Assembly (NCBI GenBank): GCA_000934665.2
Contig: KZ538271.1
Coordinates: 1 to 64,000, forward strand
Length of the DNA: 64,000 nt
Source: Catajapyx aquilonaris
Taxonomy: Eukaryota
Reading direction: 5' to 3'
Shown here: piece after piece, positions 54,401 to 64,000 of the stretch
Numbering within the stretch: position 1 is the stretch's first letter
Layout of the letters: each line of letters opens with the position of its first letter
Notes under the pieces: generated by a model
What the model saw: the letters and a program-made list of their open reading frames with translations, nothing else
Told to the model about the DNA's origin: nothing
Databases searched by the model: none
Made by a program: the position numbers and the translations under genes

Positions 54401-57400
54401 CCTGTTTAATGTGGACGTCCGGCCAGTTTTTAACTCAGTTTCTTACCTAAATAGGATGCATGAAAAAGGACTTCAATATGTAAATCAACCTGTGCTGTCT
54501 CAGTTTGTCCTAAGCTGTTAATTAGTAACAAAAAAATATAGTGCATTTACCTATTTAGTGAACTAACTAGCTGTGAAATGTTGCCTGTGTGCTCAGTTAC
54601 TGTGCATGTGTGCAGCCGTCTCGTGCCTTGTTTTTGTTTTTTAAAAAAGCAAATCAAAACTTTCCTAATTGTTCAGTAGTTAGATGCTGATATGTTGGAC
54701 GGGTTTATGGAAATTTGGATATAACAAAAAAATAGATGTGGCTATAGATGCACGTGAGATTAGATGTGTCTAATTTTTCTAGCCATTTGTTACATTATTG
54801 GTGTTAAATGTTTAACCTTTGTCAAGGGGAAGCTGTTTCAGGATAGGTCAGCTCTGGAGATGATTTTCTCCCCGATAAGTTTCCCCTTGGCTTTTTTTTG
54901 TTTCAAATTTATCTGTAGTATTTTTTCTTTTTTTATAAATATAAATAATGTTAAAAAAAATCGATGTTGTTTTTGATGTGTGTCAATGGTTGGCTGATCA
55001 CACAGGCAAAAAATTTCTGGCGTCTCTTTGTTACAGTGGAGCCACATTTCAACGAATACCGCGGGTCTGTAGATCACCATTCGATATATTCCGGTGTCAT
55101 CTTTCGACCCGAATCTGCAAGGGGTACGTGACTCCCAACCAAAAAAAATTATAAAAAATTTATTACAAAATATAAAAAATACGCACCGTGCTATAAATGT
55201 GCAAAAAACTCACTGCCAGGGGATTCCCAGTCGATTTCGTTTTTCGACGACACCACATGGCACAGAAATAATACTATCACGCACGTTCTTTTATACTATC
55301 TCCTCGCCATCTTCGCCTATAATAATTTCCCCACTTCTATGACATCAATTTGCTTAATGCGCTTCTGAACTGTTTACTTCTCGAAAAGCTTCTTGGCACA
55401 ATAAGGGGGCGGATATAAGGAAATCTCACACACAATGCTATTTACATTTTCTTCCTCTTGTTGTAACTCTTTCCTTTTTCCCTGTACTGCTGCAGCAAAG
55501 GTCCCAGAAATTTCCTAAGGAAGTCCACCAAATGTTACTAAAAATGTTACTTCCATGATTTAAAAGTAAAACAATTTTCATGTTTGGTAGACTTTCTTTA
55601 GTTTGTCTGTCATCAGCCGGTCATTTCGGTGTTCCCCCGAAAAAGGCTGCTTCAAGATCGTTACTAAAACATTTTTACAGTGTCCATCTACTATTTCCCG
55701 ACAGATGAGGAGGAGGATGAAGGTCCAAAGATCAAAGAGAAGCTTATGGCCATGTGCCTCAAGTGCATAGACCTCTTCTGCGTATGGGACTGCTGCTGGC
55801 CTTGGATTAAGCTCACAGACTACATTTCTCTCCTTGTCTTCGACCCGTTTGTTGAGTTGTTTATCACTTTGTGTATTGTGGTCAACACCCTCTTCATGGC
55901 CTTAGACCATTACGGGATGGAACCCGGCATGACTGAGGCGTTGCAGACCGGAAACTACGTGAGTACACATCTACCAGACACAACGTCTTCGCCAAAACTT
56001 TATTTTACGCGTTTTTTTGTGGAGGAAAAAAATGTGGTGGCCCCTTATGTACTCAAAAAAATGGAAGAGAGAAAAAAAGACTTAAATGGGGGAGAGAATT
56101 TATTTTAGTTTCCTTTTTCTTGCGACTGTCGTTCATTTTGATATGAAATTTTTGGTGAGTACTGATGTTGTTGTGATCATAATGTACTCTCTCTGTGTGT
56201 GGAAGTCAAGTCGTTGTTTTTTTTTATGTGTGTGTGTTAGGCCCATTTTTGCCAGTTGAGCAGGTCTTTTTTGTGGTGGAAAAGCATGTTTATAGTAAGA
56301 CTATCAAAACTCTTGTAAAAAAATATTTGCATATTTTTAATGTAAAATGTTTATGACCTACATAAATGAGCAAGTGTATCAATGCCAACTGATGAGAGCA
56401 TCTTGAATTATTTTGTAACTGAAATCACACATTGCAATCTAACAATGTGTCACCTATTGGAATGTATGCTAGTTACCAAATAATACAAGTTGGCATTGAA
56501 ACCTGTGTGCAATGATTTAATTGTCTCATTATTATTGTTTTAATATGAATAATATCGCGAACATTTTCTCCAAAGCTGGACAATTTATCAAAAATTCGTC
56601 AGACATTGCTGCAAAATTGAACATTTATGAAATGATGCTCATTATATCCATATTATCAATAACTGATAGAAATATTGTCGTAAATGAGAACCCCCTCAGA
56701 CCTGATTAAAGGGCAATAATTAAGTTCTAGCCATTTTTCTTCTTCTGTGCCCTTGTATACCGAATACTGTATAGCATGATGTGGCGTGTATTTTTTCAGT
56801 CCATTGAAACCGTAGCAATTTATTTAGATATTTATGGTGAATCATCCCATATTATTATTTTTTTACTCTGTGGATAGATTTAGCTGAATAATCCTGCATT
56901 ACCAAGTGTAAACAAATCTTAGAGTTTAGCACTGCATGTTTGGTTTTAATTGGATCACTTTCTCATTAGTGACTTTTTCCACAAATCTTTTACAAAATCA
57001 AGGGCTCGACAAAATTTCGTTTCGTCTGAGATAAAATTAGAACAAAAATGTTCCGACCTGGTCATGTATTGTTGTTGGCATGATATTTGTCCACTTGTTG
57101 TTGTTTTTTGTCTGTACGACAAAAAAGGGTGTAAATATCGGACAGTCACCGGTGAGTAAGTCGCTCAAAACCATGTACATTACTTAACATTGTCCTAACC
57201 CAGCTTAGACTTACCAGAGGGAGAGAAACAACTTTAATCAATGCATACATATGATACTTTTAATGAGTTGAATTAAAAAAAAAAAAACAATTGGTACATT
57301 TCAATAATATGAATGCATGGATTTGTTTCACTCTCTCTCAACAATGTTCCAAAAGGCAACAAAGAGCAACCACCATTTTGCTGCATTTTTTTCAGTTTTT

Positions 57401-60400
57401 CACGGCCACTTTCGCCATTGAAGCCGTCCTGAAGCTCGTAGCCATGAGTCCCAAGTACTATTTCCAACAAGGATGGAACATTTTTGACTTCATCATCGTG
57501 GCACTCTCCTTGCTGGAGCTGGGGCTGGAAAATGTCTCCGGGCTCTCCGTACTGCGATCCTTCCGATTGGTAAGTAACTCTACAGTGCTGAACCAGGAAG
57601 CAAGGCTTCAAACATTCGATTTACGCGTCTCTCTGTTAGTGGCCGTTGCCAAGGNNNNNNNNNNNNNNGGGGATGTGGGGGGGGGGGCAACGCCAACGAG
57701 GTATACATAGGGTACAGGCAAAAATACAGGCGTACAGGCGAATCAAAGATGGCGGACCCTATTTTTGCCTGTACCCTACCTCGTTGGCGTTTCCCCCACT
57801 TCATAATGGCCGCCAGCCTTGGCAACGGCCCCAAACAGAGAGATGCGGAAATTGGATGTTTGCGCCTATGCTCCCTGGCTGAACATTAATGTACAAAATA
57901 ATAAACTTCTCATTGTACTTTTTTTGACAGCTGCGAGTGTTCAAACTGGCCAAGTCTTGGCCTACTCTAAACTTGCTGATCACAATCATGGGCAAGACGG
58001 TGGGAGCCTTGGGAAACTTGACCTTTGTACTCTGCATTATCATTTTCATCTTTGCCGTGATGGGCATGCAGTTGTTTGGGAAAAACTATGTCGGTAAGTG
58101 ATTAGTGTTTACACGCCTTACTGGGTAACAGAGTAACTAACAAATTATTGTTACAGCTTCTCATGAGGTTCACTTGAATTATTGTCCTAACATTTTGACA
58201 CCTAATCTTTTTTTTCCCCCAACCCTCTCCAAACAGAGAAAAAGATGGAGTTCAGGGAACAGGGCTTGCCACGATGGAACTTCACAGACTTTATGCACTC
58301 GTTCATGATCGTGTTCCGGGTATTGTGCGGAGAGTGGATCGAGTCCATGTGGGATTGCATGCTGGTCAACGGAGCACCGTGTGTACCATTCTTCCTGGCC
58401 ACTGTTGTGATCGGTAACCTGGTGGTGAGTACTTTGCGCACTACCCTGGAGGAGGTCTCGCAAAATTCATCGCGATTTTATATAATTGGGAAGATGGTGT
58501 TTTTTTATTTTTTTAAAAAAAAGTGTGTGTGTTTTTTTTACAAAATGCGGAGATAATTTTTTAAATTACAATGGCGGCGCATATTTTTTTTTTCTTCCTT
58601 TTTTCTTCCTCCCATTGTAGGTGTTGAATCTCTTCTTGGCCTTGCTCTTGAGCAGTTTCGGCGCCTCGAACCTCTCAGCCGCACCAGTCGATAATGATAC
58701 CAACAAATTGACAGAGGCCTTTGATCGTATTGCCCGATTCAAAAGGTGGATCAAAAGTTCCCTACTGAACCTGGCGAAAATGATGCGTGCAAAGTTGACC
58801 AATCAGATTTCCGATCAGACGCCAGGTGAGGGACCCTCCTCCAGTTGGAAAGAAGGTTTATATCCAATCAAATTGCTTTTTTCTGTGTCTCTAGATACTT
58901 TCTCGTGTTCATTTTAGTCCTGGCACATCTATTCCTCTTAGATTTGCTCTATGTTGCTTGACCTTGGTAGCTTCCACTTAAATAACCCCTAACCCTTAAA
59001 CCCCTGGATGCACGTAAAAAAAATTTGTTAATAACCTCAATTGCAATGAACATTCGTAATCAAAATTAGTGTTCCAAAATTAACTAATAAGCCTCTAAGA
59101 GAGTGGTGTACTCTACTGATGGCCTAATATTTGTAATATTTAATATATTAAAATTTCATCATACACAGTCGCAAATTGTGCCAATGTGACATGTGAATAA
59201 TCGTGCAAACTATTCAGTTTTCCAAGTATTTTCTCCTTTACGTTCTTTTTTCATATATAGCGATTTGTTTTTCTCTTCAGTTTCACATGTGAGCCTTCTT
59301 CTTTGCCCCCAATAACCTCTTCTGCTTTGGGCTTCACATGTTTTGGAATTTCTAACAAACTTTTTTCTTAATTTTCTTTTATATATTTAAAAAAAATCCA
59401 TTCCTTGCGCTTGTGACGTTTCACACATATTTGAGCGAGAGAAAGAACGATCGAGAGAGAATAAAAGAAGGGAAAAAAGCGAGAGAAAGATACGAAAAAA
59501 AATAAGGTTTCACCAATTGCTCGTTGCCTCTCAGTTGCTTCTTGTGCACAGTTTTTGCTTTTATTTTAGCACTCATTAGTAAGATTTACCTTTGAAACTC
59601 TTACAAAAGTTTGTTGAACGATTTTTATAAAAAAAATACCTAAAGTACGGTAGGAAGTGTTGTGTCGAGTACTGAGCTTTTGAGTAAAAAAATAGATGTT
59701 GTAATTTATATGAGGAATCCAGTAAAACTAGTTTTTTTGGTTGGAAAAAGGGCAGATCATCAGCCCCCCAAAAAATAGTTTGTTGAGATAAGTAGAGTTG
59801 AGCTCGTATATGATTTGGAACCCACCCCTACAGAAGTTAGTGTAGTATTTGAAACCAATAAAAATATATTAAAAAAAAAAAAATCTGGCACTCCGTTGGG
59901 CAAAAACTCGTGACGTTTTAAGGAAGACTCCAGGATCAGTTCATTTGAACAGTTTAAAAAATATTGTTCAATAACATTTATTTAATTATTTTTTTAAAAA
60001 TTACTTTCCTAACATATTGTCACTAGGCTTCTTTCAAAGTCGATGTTCTCACGCAATTATTAGTCGATGTTTGCTACACTTGGGCGTCATTTTTTGCCCT
60101 CTAAGCACTTCACCCACACACTCTCAAGTATATTATACATAATCCATTAATTTATATAATAAGTGTGTATATATAATATTGAACCAAGCTACGTATATAT
60201 ATATATATTTTGTGTTGAACAACTGCGGTTGATTGTGGAGAAGGACTGAGCAGCCAGGCAGAAGGATGAACTGAACCCAGGATGAACTTCTTCCCTTTGC
60301 CCTCGGGGGTGCCGTTTGCCCCTGGGCTGCCCCCAAACTCGACTCTCCTCCACTTTTCACAGACACCCGGGACAGGGAAGCAGACGTGGAGCTATCCGGA

Positions 60401-63400
60401 GACGAGATTCTGGCAGACGGACTAGTCATTCGAGACAAGAAGAGTCCCAAAGAGCAGACTCAGCTCGAGATTGACGGCATGGATGGTGAGTTGGGTGAAA
60501 ATATCAAAGTAATCTCGTCAGCATATACTACATAAGAGGCGCAAACATTCGTTTTCCGCGTCTGTCTGCGGCCGTCGCAAGTGGGGGCAACGCCAATGAG
60601 GTATAAATAGGGTGCAGGCAAAAATAGGGTCCGCCATCTTTGATTAGCGCGTGTTCTTGACGTGTAGTTGCCAAGGCCGCCAAAACCATCAAAGATGGCG
60701 GACCCTATATTTGCCTGTACCCTATTTATACCCCATTGGCGTTGCCCCCACTTCAAAATGACCGCCAGCCTTGGCAACGGCCCCAAACAGAGAGACGCGC
60801 CTCTTATGTAGTATATGTTCCCTGATCTCGTGCTTAATTATTTATTTTTTTCTATACAGGCGATCTAAAGAACAAGAAGTCTAAAAAGCTTGTGATGAAC
60901 AACACGACGAAACCAATGGGCAACTCTATCCAGAGGTCAGAGTTGGACAACAGGTACGAGTTGGATGGGATCCTTCATCACAACAATCGAGAGGGTGACA
61001 CTGCCAGCACCAAGTCTTACGGAAGCCACAAGCACCTGCCGTTCAAAGACGACAGTCACAAAGGTAGTGCGGACACTTTGGAAGGAGGTGACCACGAGGA
61101 TGAGGATGAGGAGGGAGATGGTGAGGAGAAGAAGGATCTCAGCAAGGAGGATCTGGAGAGGACTGCTGAGCTGGATGGAAGCGGTCCTGGAGAAGATGAT
61201 GAGGAGAAAGAAGGTGAAGAGGGTGAGCTTCAAGAGCAAGTGATAGACGCAGGGACGGAGGACATCATACTGGACGAGTATCCGGTGGACTGCTTCCCAG
61301 AGAAGTGTTACATCAGGTTCCCACTTTTGGCCGGAAACGACAACTCCCCCTTTTGGCAAGGGTGGGCCAACCTTAGGCTCAAGACGTTCAGGCTCATTGA
61401 AAACAAATATTTCGAGACTGCCGTCATCATCATGATTTTGCTCAGCAGCTTAGCACTGGTCAGTATCATTTGGGAGACTGCGAAAGGTCATTTAGAAACC
61501 TGATACAATTTGCTATTTTGTAGGCCTTGGAAGATGTGGACCTTCCAAAGCAACCAATCCTTCAGGATATCCTCCACTACATGGACAAGATCTTCACCGG
61601 CATATTTTTCATCGAGATGTTGATCAAGTGGCTGGCTTTGGGCTTCCGGAAATACTTCACCAACGCCTGGTGTTGGCTTGACTTTGTCATTGTCATGGTA
61701 AGGAACTATCAACAGTTTCTATATATATGCAAATCCAATCTTAAATTTCAGGATCCTTTTTTTTAAATAAATGTGTCAGAGGTTGTAAGTTTGTTGATGA
61801 ATTTTTGTGGGGTTTAACCCGGGTGTGTGTGTACTCGACCCAGCTGTCTCTGATAAACCTGGCGGCCACATTGGCCGGCACAGCAGACATCCCTGCCTTC
61901 AGGTCCATGAGGACACTTCGGGCTCTGAGACCACTTCGAGCCATATCGCGCTGGGAAGGCATGCGCGTAAGTAAAATCGCGTACAACCTGTACACCAGCG
62001 ATAAAAAACCTACGTGGGATCGGACTGCTGCTTCAGTGTTAATCCAAAAAACCCTTTGATCCAAAAATGTGTTTCTTCTTTGTCGTACTGGTTGCTTTCC
62101 GTGTCTGTACCATTCCAGGTGGGAGCCGTATTAACCCCAAGTGACGTGAACTTCCACTACATCTACTTCTGTCTGCAGTGTTTCTGTGGGCCATGTCTTT
62201 TTATATCAAAACATATGCCTTCTTCTTCTAGGCCTGCTCTTTGTTTTTGTTTCATCCTCCGTCTCCCTGTCCTGTCCCCCCACCATACCTCAAACGGCGA
62301 TTGGGGATTTTTTTAAACCCGTGTTATTATTGTAGAGAAGCCCCCGGTTACGACAAAAATGGCAAGTGTTGTTCGTCTTTACCCCGTAGGTGTCGCTGGT
62401 CAACTTTGCCGCGGGCTTGGTAGGACTGTCGGGGATTCAAGCTTTCAAAACCATGAGGACACTGCGTGCCTTGAGGCCTCTCCGGGCCATGTCCCGCATG
62501 CAGGGCATGAGGGTACGTTTTTTGGAGGAGCAAAACCTCCCTTAGTCCTCCAACTTTGCGAACAGTCAATTAGGGAAGGTGTAATGTAGTATGCTTCACA
62601 AACACAACCCCCCAAGTCCTTCCGCAGCTCCTCAACAAAATAATGCTCGCATATTTTTTTATTTAGTACTTTAAAAAAAATTAATATACAAAAAACTGTT
62701 CACAGTCACTAAAAAGTTGCATGCTCCCTTTTTCCATAATTATATATTGTTTTTTACTCGAATGCCTGCACATCGCGTGTCTTCAGTAGAGTACCTTCTT
62801 CACTATATTTTTAACAAAATAATAATCTCCAAAAAAATGCATGCTCCCGGCAAGTTTCTATAGTTAGCTAGTCATACCAACGATAGTGCTTTTATTAGAT
62901 AAACCCCACTATAGGACATAGGACCATAGTTGAATGTGTTGATCATCCCACTTTTTCTTCTACTTTGTTTGAACCTTTAACTTTTTTCGGAATGAGACCT
63001 CTCGCCGATTAATCCCTAATTACTGTGCTAATTAGATGGCACAGTACTTTTGCGAAACACGCGCGTAAAACCATAACCTCAAACTCCTGTCCCCCCCCCC
63101 CCCCNNNNNNNNNNNNAAAAAAAAAAAATTATCTGACCTGACCAATTCCCTGTTTAACCTTCTCAGAATGCCTGACAATTTTTTTAAAAAAAATTAGCTC
63201 CCCAATCATTGTGGTGTGCATGCTAACTGTGCATGTCTTTGCTTTTTTTGGGCTGCAAAATAATATTGTGCGCATTTGTTTGGAGTGACGTACTCATATA
63301 TGTTTCATTCACTGTTGCAGTCTTCTAGTCTAATGGTGCCTATTTTGAATAGAAAATAGATTTATTAAAAGATCATCACATTTTAGAGCACTTTTATTCT

Positions 63401-64000
63401 CAATGGCCAAAAATTGCATGCTTCATTTTTTTGTGAAATATATTTTTTTAAAACGGATGGCGCTCTTAAAATGTGGTTTTTGCAGATACATTATTAGCAG
63501 TACAATAATAATTAGACCAATGACCTTTTATGTGCGTTTGTGTGTACGTATTACATGTGTGTGGAAATGCGTTGTGCACATTTTTGTGTGCCAACTTTGC
63601 CTGCACAGTTTGCTCCCACCATTTATCTTTTTTAAAAAGACATTTTTGACTGCTTGAAAAAAAACCTTCTTCAAAGGAAGAGTAGGGATCAATCCTATGT
63701 GTGTGTCCATATAGGTCGTGGTGAACGCCTTGGTTCAGGCCATCCCCAGCATCTTCAACGTGCTGCTGGTGTGCCTCATCTTCTGGCTCATCTTTGCCAT
63801 CATGGGAGTTCAAATGTTTGCAGGGAAATTCCACAAGGTAAATATTCCATCCAATATGTTTCAAATAATTTCAAAAATCTGACTCTTTTTTATTGCGGAT
63901 TTAGTGTGTGGATGAAGAAGGACTCATGAAGGATGCGGAGGAGATTCCAGATCGATTGGCTTGTGTCAGGGAAAATCTGACATGGAAGAACCTTCAGATG
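36272..64000 (+). CDS. para: Voltage-gated sodium channel alpha subunit (para/Nav1 orthologue), 5' part; runs off the window in the domain III pore loop
   Basis: Exons: 36272-36421, [37743-37775], 39636-39791, 45460-45665, 46495-46623, 47246-47337, 47440-47643, 47699-47795, 47873-48017, 48210-48383, 48454-48690, 50471-50875, [52526-52660?], 53936-54035, 54092-54160, 55681-55958, 57396-57569, 57931-58093, 58237-58424, 58621-58825/58855, 60363-60485, 60860-61458, 61524-61697, {61844-61966 or 62390-62512}, 63715-63837, 63905-64000+. Motifs: [12 protein letters not shown]4 [15 protein letters not shown] filter TQDFWE, DII S4 [17 protein letters not shown] filter [27 protein letters not shown]4 [12 protein letters not shown]. 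All junctions are GT-AG and phase-consistent. Confidence 0.98.
36898..37170. repeat. Tandem duplication of ~147 bp in a para intron
   Basis: GTGGTAACATGGAGCTAAGAAAGTGAGAATGACAATACC starts at 36898 and again at 37045. Confidence 0.85.
37743..37775 (+). CDS. para: para 33-nt optional microexon ([11 protein letters not shown]), positional equivalent of insect exon j
   Basis: Strong pyrimidine tract plus CAG and a GAA|GTAAG donor; phase 0-0; basic peptide like Drosophila exon j (recalled VPQYGRKKKQKE). Confidence 0.8.
40120..40799. mobile_element. Nested Tc1/mariner-type MITEs: outer CCGTCAATTGGG...CCCAATTGACGG, inner 40383-40693 CAGGG(C/T)GTTTCAAC...GTTGAAACACCCTG
   Basis: Two concentric pairs of inverted repeats. 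TA flanks both outer ends and the left inner end (the right inner flank reads TG). Confidence 0.8.
43285..43517 (-). mobile_element. Probable short non-autonomous Helitron
   Basis: The minus strand starts A|TCTCTACATCATATAAAG...GTTTGTTGGTATGTATG and ends GTACTAG|T. Confidence 0.5.
44334..45260. repeat. ~65-bp unit minisatellite (CTAGGCCTGCGGTCTGGGGTGGAGGACGTATTGTTAATAGG...), with inverted units at its left end
   Basis: About 12 tandem units; a related fragment lies at 24755-24800. Confidence 0.9.
48057..48174. mobile_element. 118-bp MITE (CAAGGGGGTAA...TTACCCCCTTG) with 8-bp TSD CATCAAAT; P- or hAT-like
   Basis: TSD at 48049-48056 and 48175-48182; terminal inverted repeats of ~17 bp. Confidence 0.85.
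49420..49698. mobile_element. Foldback/MULE-like MITE with internal ~53-bp tandem repeats and 8-bp TSD AGTGCAAC
   Basis: GGG...CCC termini; TSD at 49412-49419 and 49699-49706. Confidence 0.85.
49713..50019. mobile_element. Tc1/mariner-type MITE (CAGTGCTGGACATATTAGCAGTCCCT TIRs) with a long internal hairpin
   Basis: Perfect TIRs of at least 26 bp, TA on the left flank, and an internal inverted repeat at 49805-49957. Confidence 0.85.
51010..51426. mobile_element. Inverted-repeat (MITE-like) element
   Basis: TGTGCTGGTCA.TTAATGG...CTGGTGGCGCCA is mirrored at the right end, with internal TATGACCACCTTCACTT repeats. No TSD recognised. Confidence 0.65.
52526..52660 (+). CDS. para: Candidate additional para cassette exon (45 aa: [45 protein letters not shown])
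   Basis: Pyrimidine tract plus TAG acceptor, consensus donor GCA|GTAAGT, 135 nt open, phase 0-0 matching the flanking exons. No homology recalled. Confidence 0.55.
57594..57877. mobile_element. MITE family A, copy 2 (7-bp TSD GCTGAAC), in the intron splitting the DII S4 coding sequence
   Basis: TSD at 57587-57593 and 57878-57884; shares AAGATGGCGGACCCTAT and GCCAGCCTTGGCAACGGCCCCAAACAGAGAGA with copy 1; contains an N gap. Confidence 0.85.
60519..60824. mobile_element. MITE family A, copy 3 (7-bp TSD ATCTCGT), opposite orientation to copy 1
   Basis: TSD at 60512-60518 and 60825-60831. The core segment (GCCAAAACCATCAAAGATGGC) is the reverse complement of that in copy 1. Confidence 0.85.
61844..61966 (+). 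CDS. para: para mutually exclusive exon k (DIII S3-S4: [41 protein letters not shown])
   Basis: 123 nt, CAG/GTAAGT sites; PAFRSMRT...SRWEGM is the signature of insect exon k. Confidence 0.92.
62390..62512 (+). CDS. para: para mutually exclusive exon l (DIII S3-S4: [41 protein letters not shown])
   Basis: 123 nt, TAG/GTAC sites; IQAFKTMRT...AMSRMQGMR is the signature of insect exon l. Confidence 0.93.

Noticed and set aside
62119..62316. Possible third, cockroach-G3-like exon between k and l (acceptor-like TTCCAG at 62118)
   Set aside because: No S3-S4 similarity and no convincing donor; cannot be supported without transcripts.
61815..62350. TAACCCGGG / CCCCGGTTA partial complementarity as a docking-selector pair for k/l
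   Set aside because: Only about 8 of 9 bases pair; too short to distinguish from chance.
12266..63116. Short N gaps beside G/C homopolymers (12266, 14681, 35602, 43933, 57655, 63106)
   Set aside because: Assembly artefacts, not biology.

Overview
Eukaryotic, intron-containing animal DNA from an arthropod. It is probably not an insect: the sodium channel has [20 protein letters not shown] and FTWRNGR where Drosophila has IMGRTMGA, LLLSNFGSSSLS and YTIRNGR (recalled, not searched). The first 7.5 kb is compact: a Gypsy-type LTR retrotransposon 3' remnant, a C2H2 zinc-finger gene (+), maspardin/SPG21 (+, 5 exons) and, convergent with it, stomatin-like protein 2/STOML2 (-, 8 exons). About 28 kb of non-coding, repeat-rich DNA follows (SINEs, non-autonomous Helitrons, MITEs, mini- and microsatellites). 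From 36272 to the window end lies the para-type voltage-gated sodium channel gene (+), traced by hand from the ATG through domain I, domain II and domain III S5. Its alternative-splicing architecture is readable in the DNA: a j-like microexon, i/b/e-like alternative splice sites and mutually exclusive k/l exons. The most interesting observations are a candidate unannotated 45-aa cassette exon in the DI-DII linker, five Rbfox-type TGCATG motifs downstream of exon l, a uORF plus G-quadruplex in the channel 5' leader, divergent extracellular toxin-binding loops, and a three-copy MITE family with 7-bp target-site duplications. No prokaryotic-type system (CRISPR, defence island) is present. All exon models are manual predictions without transcript data.
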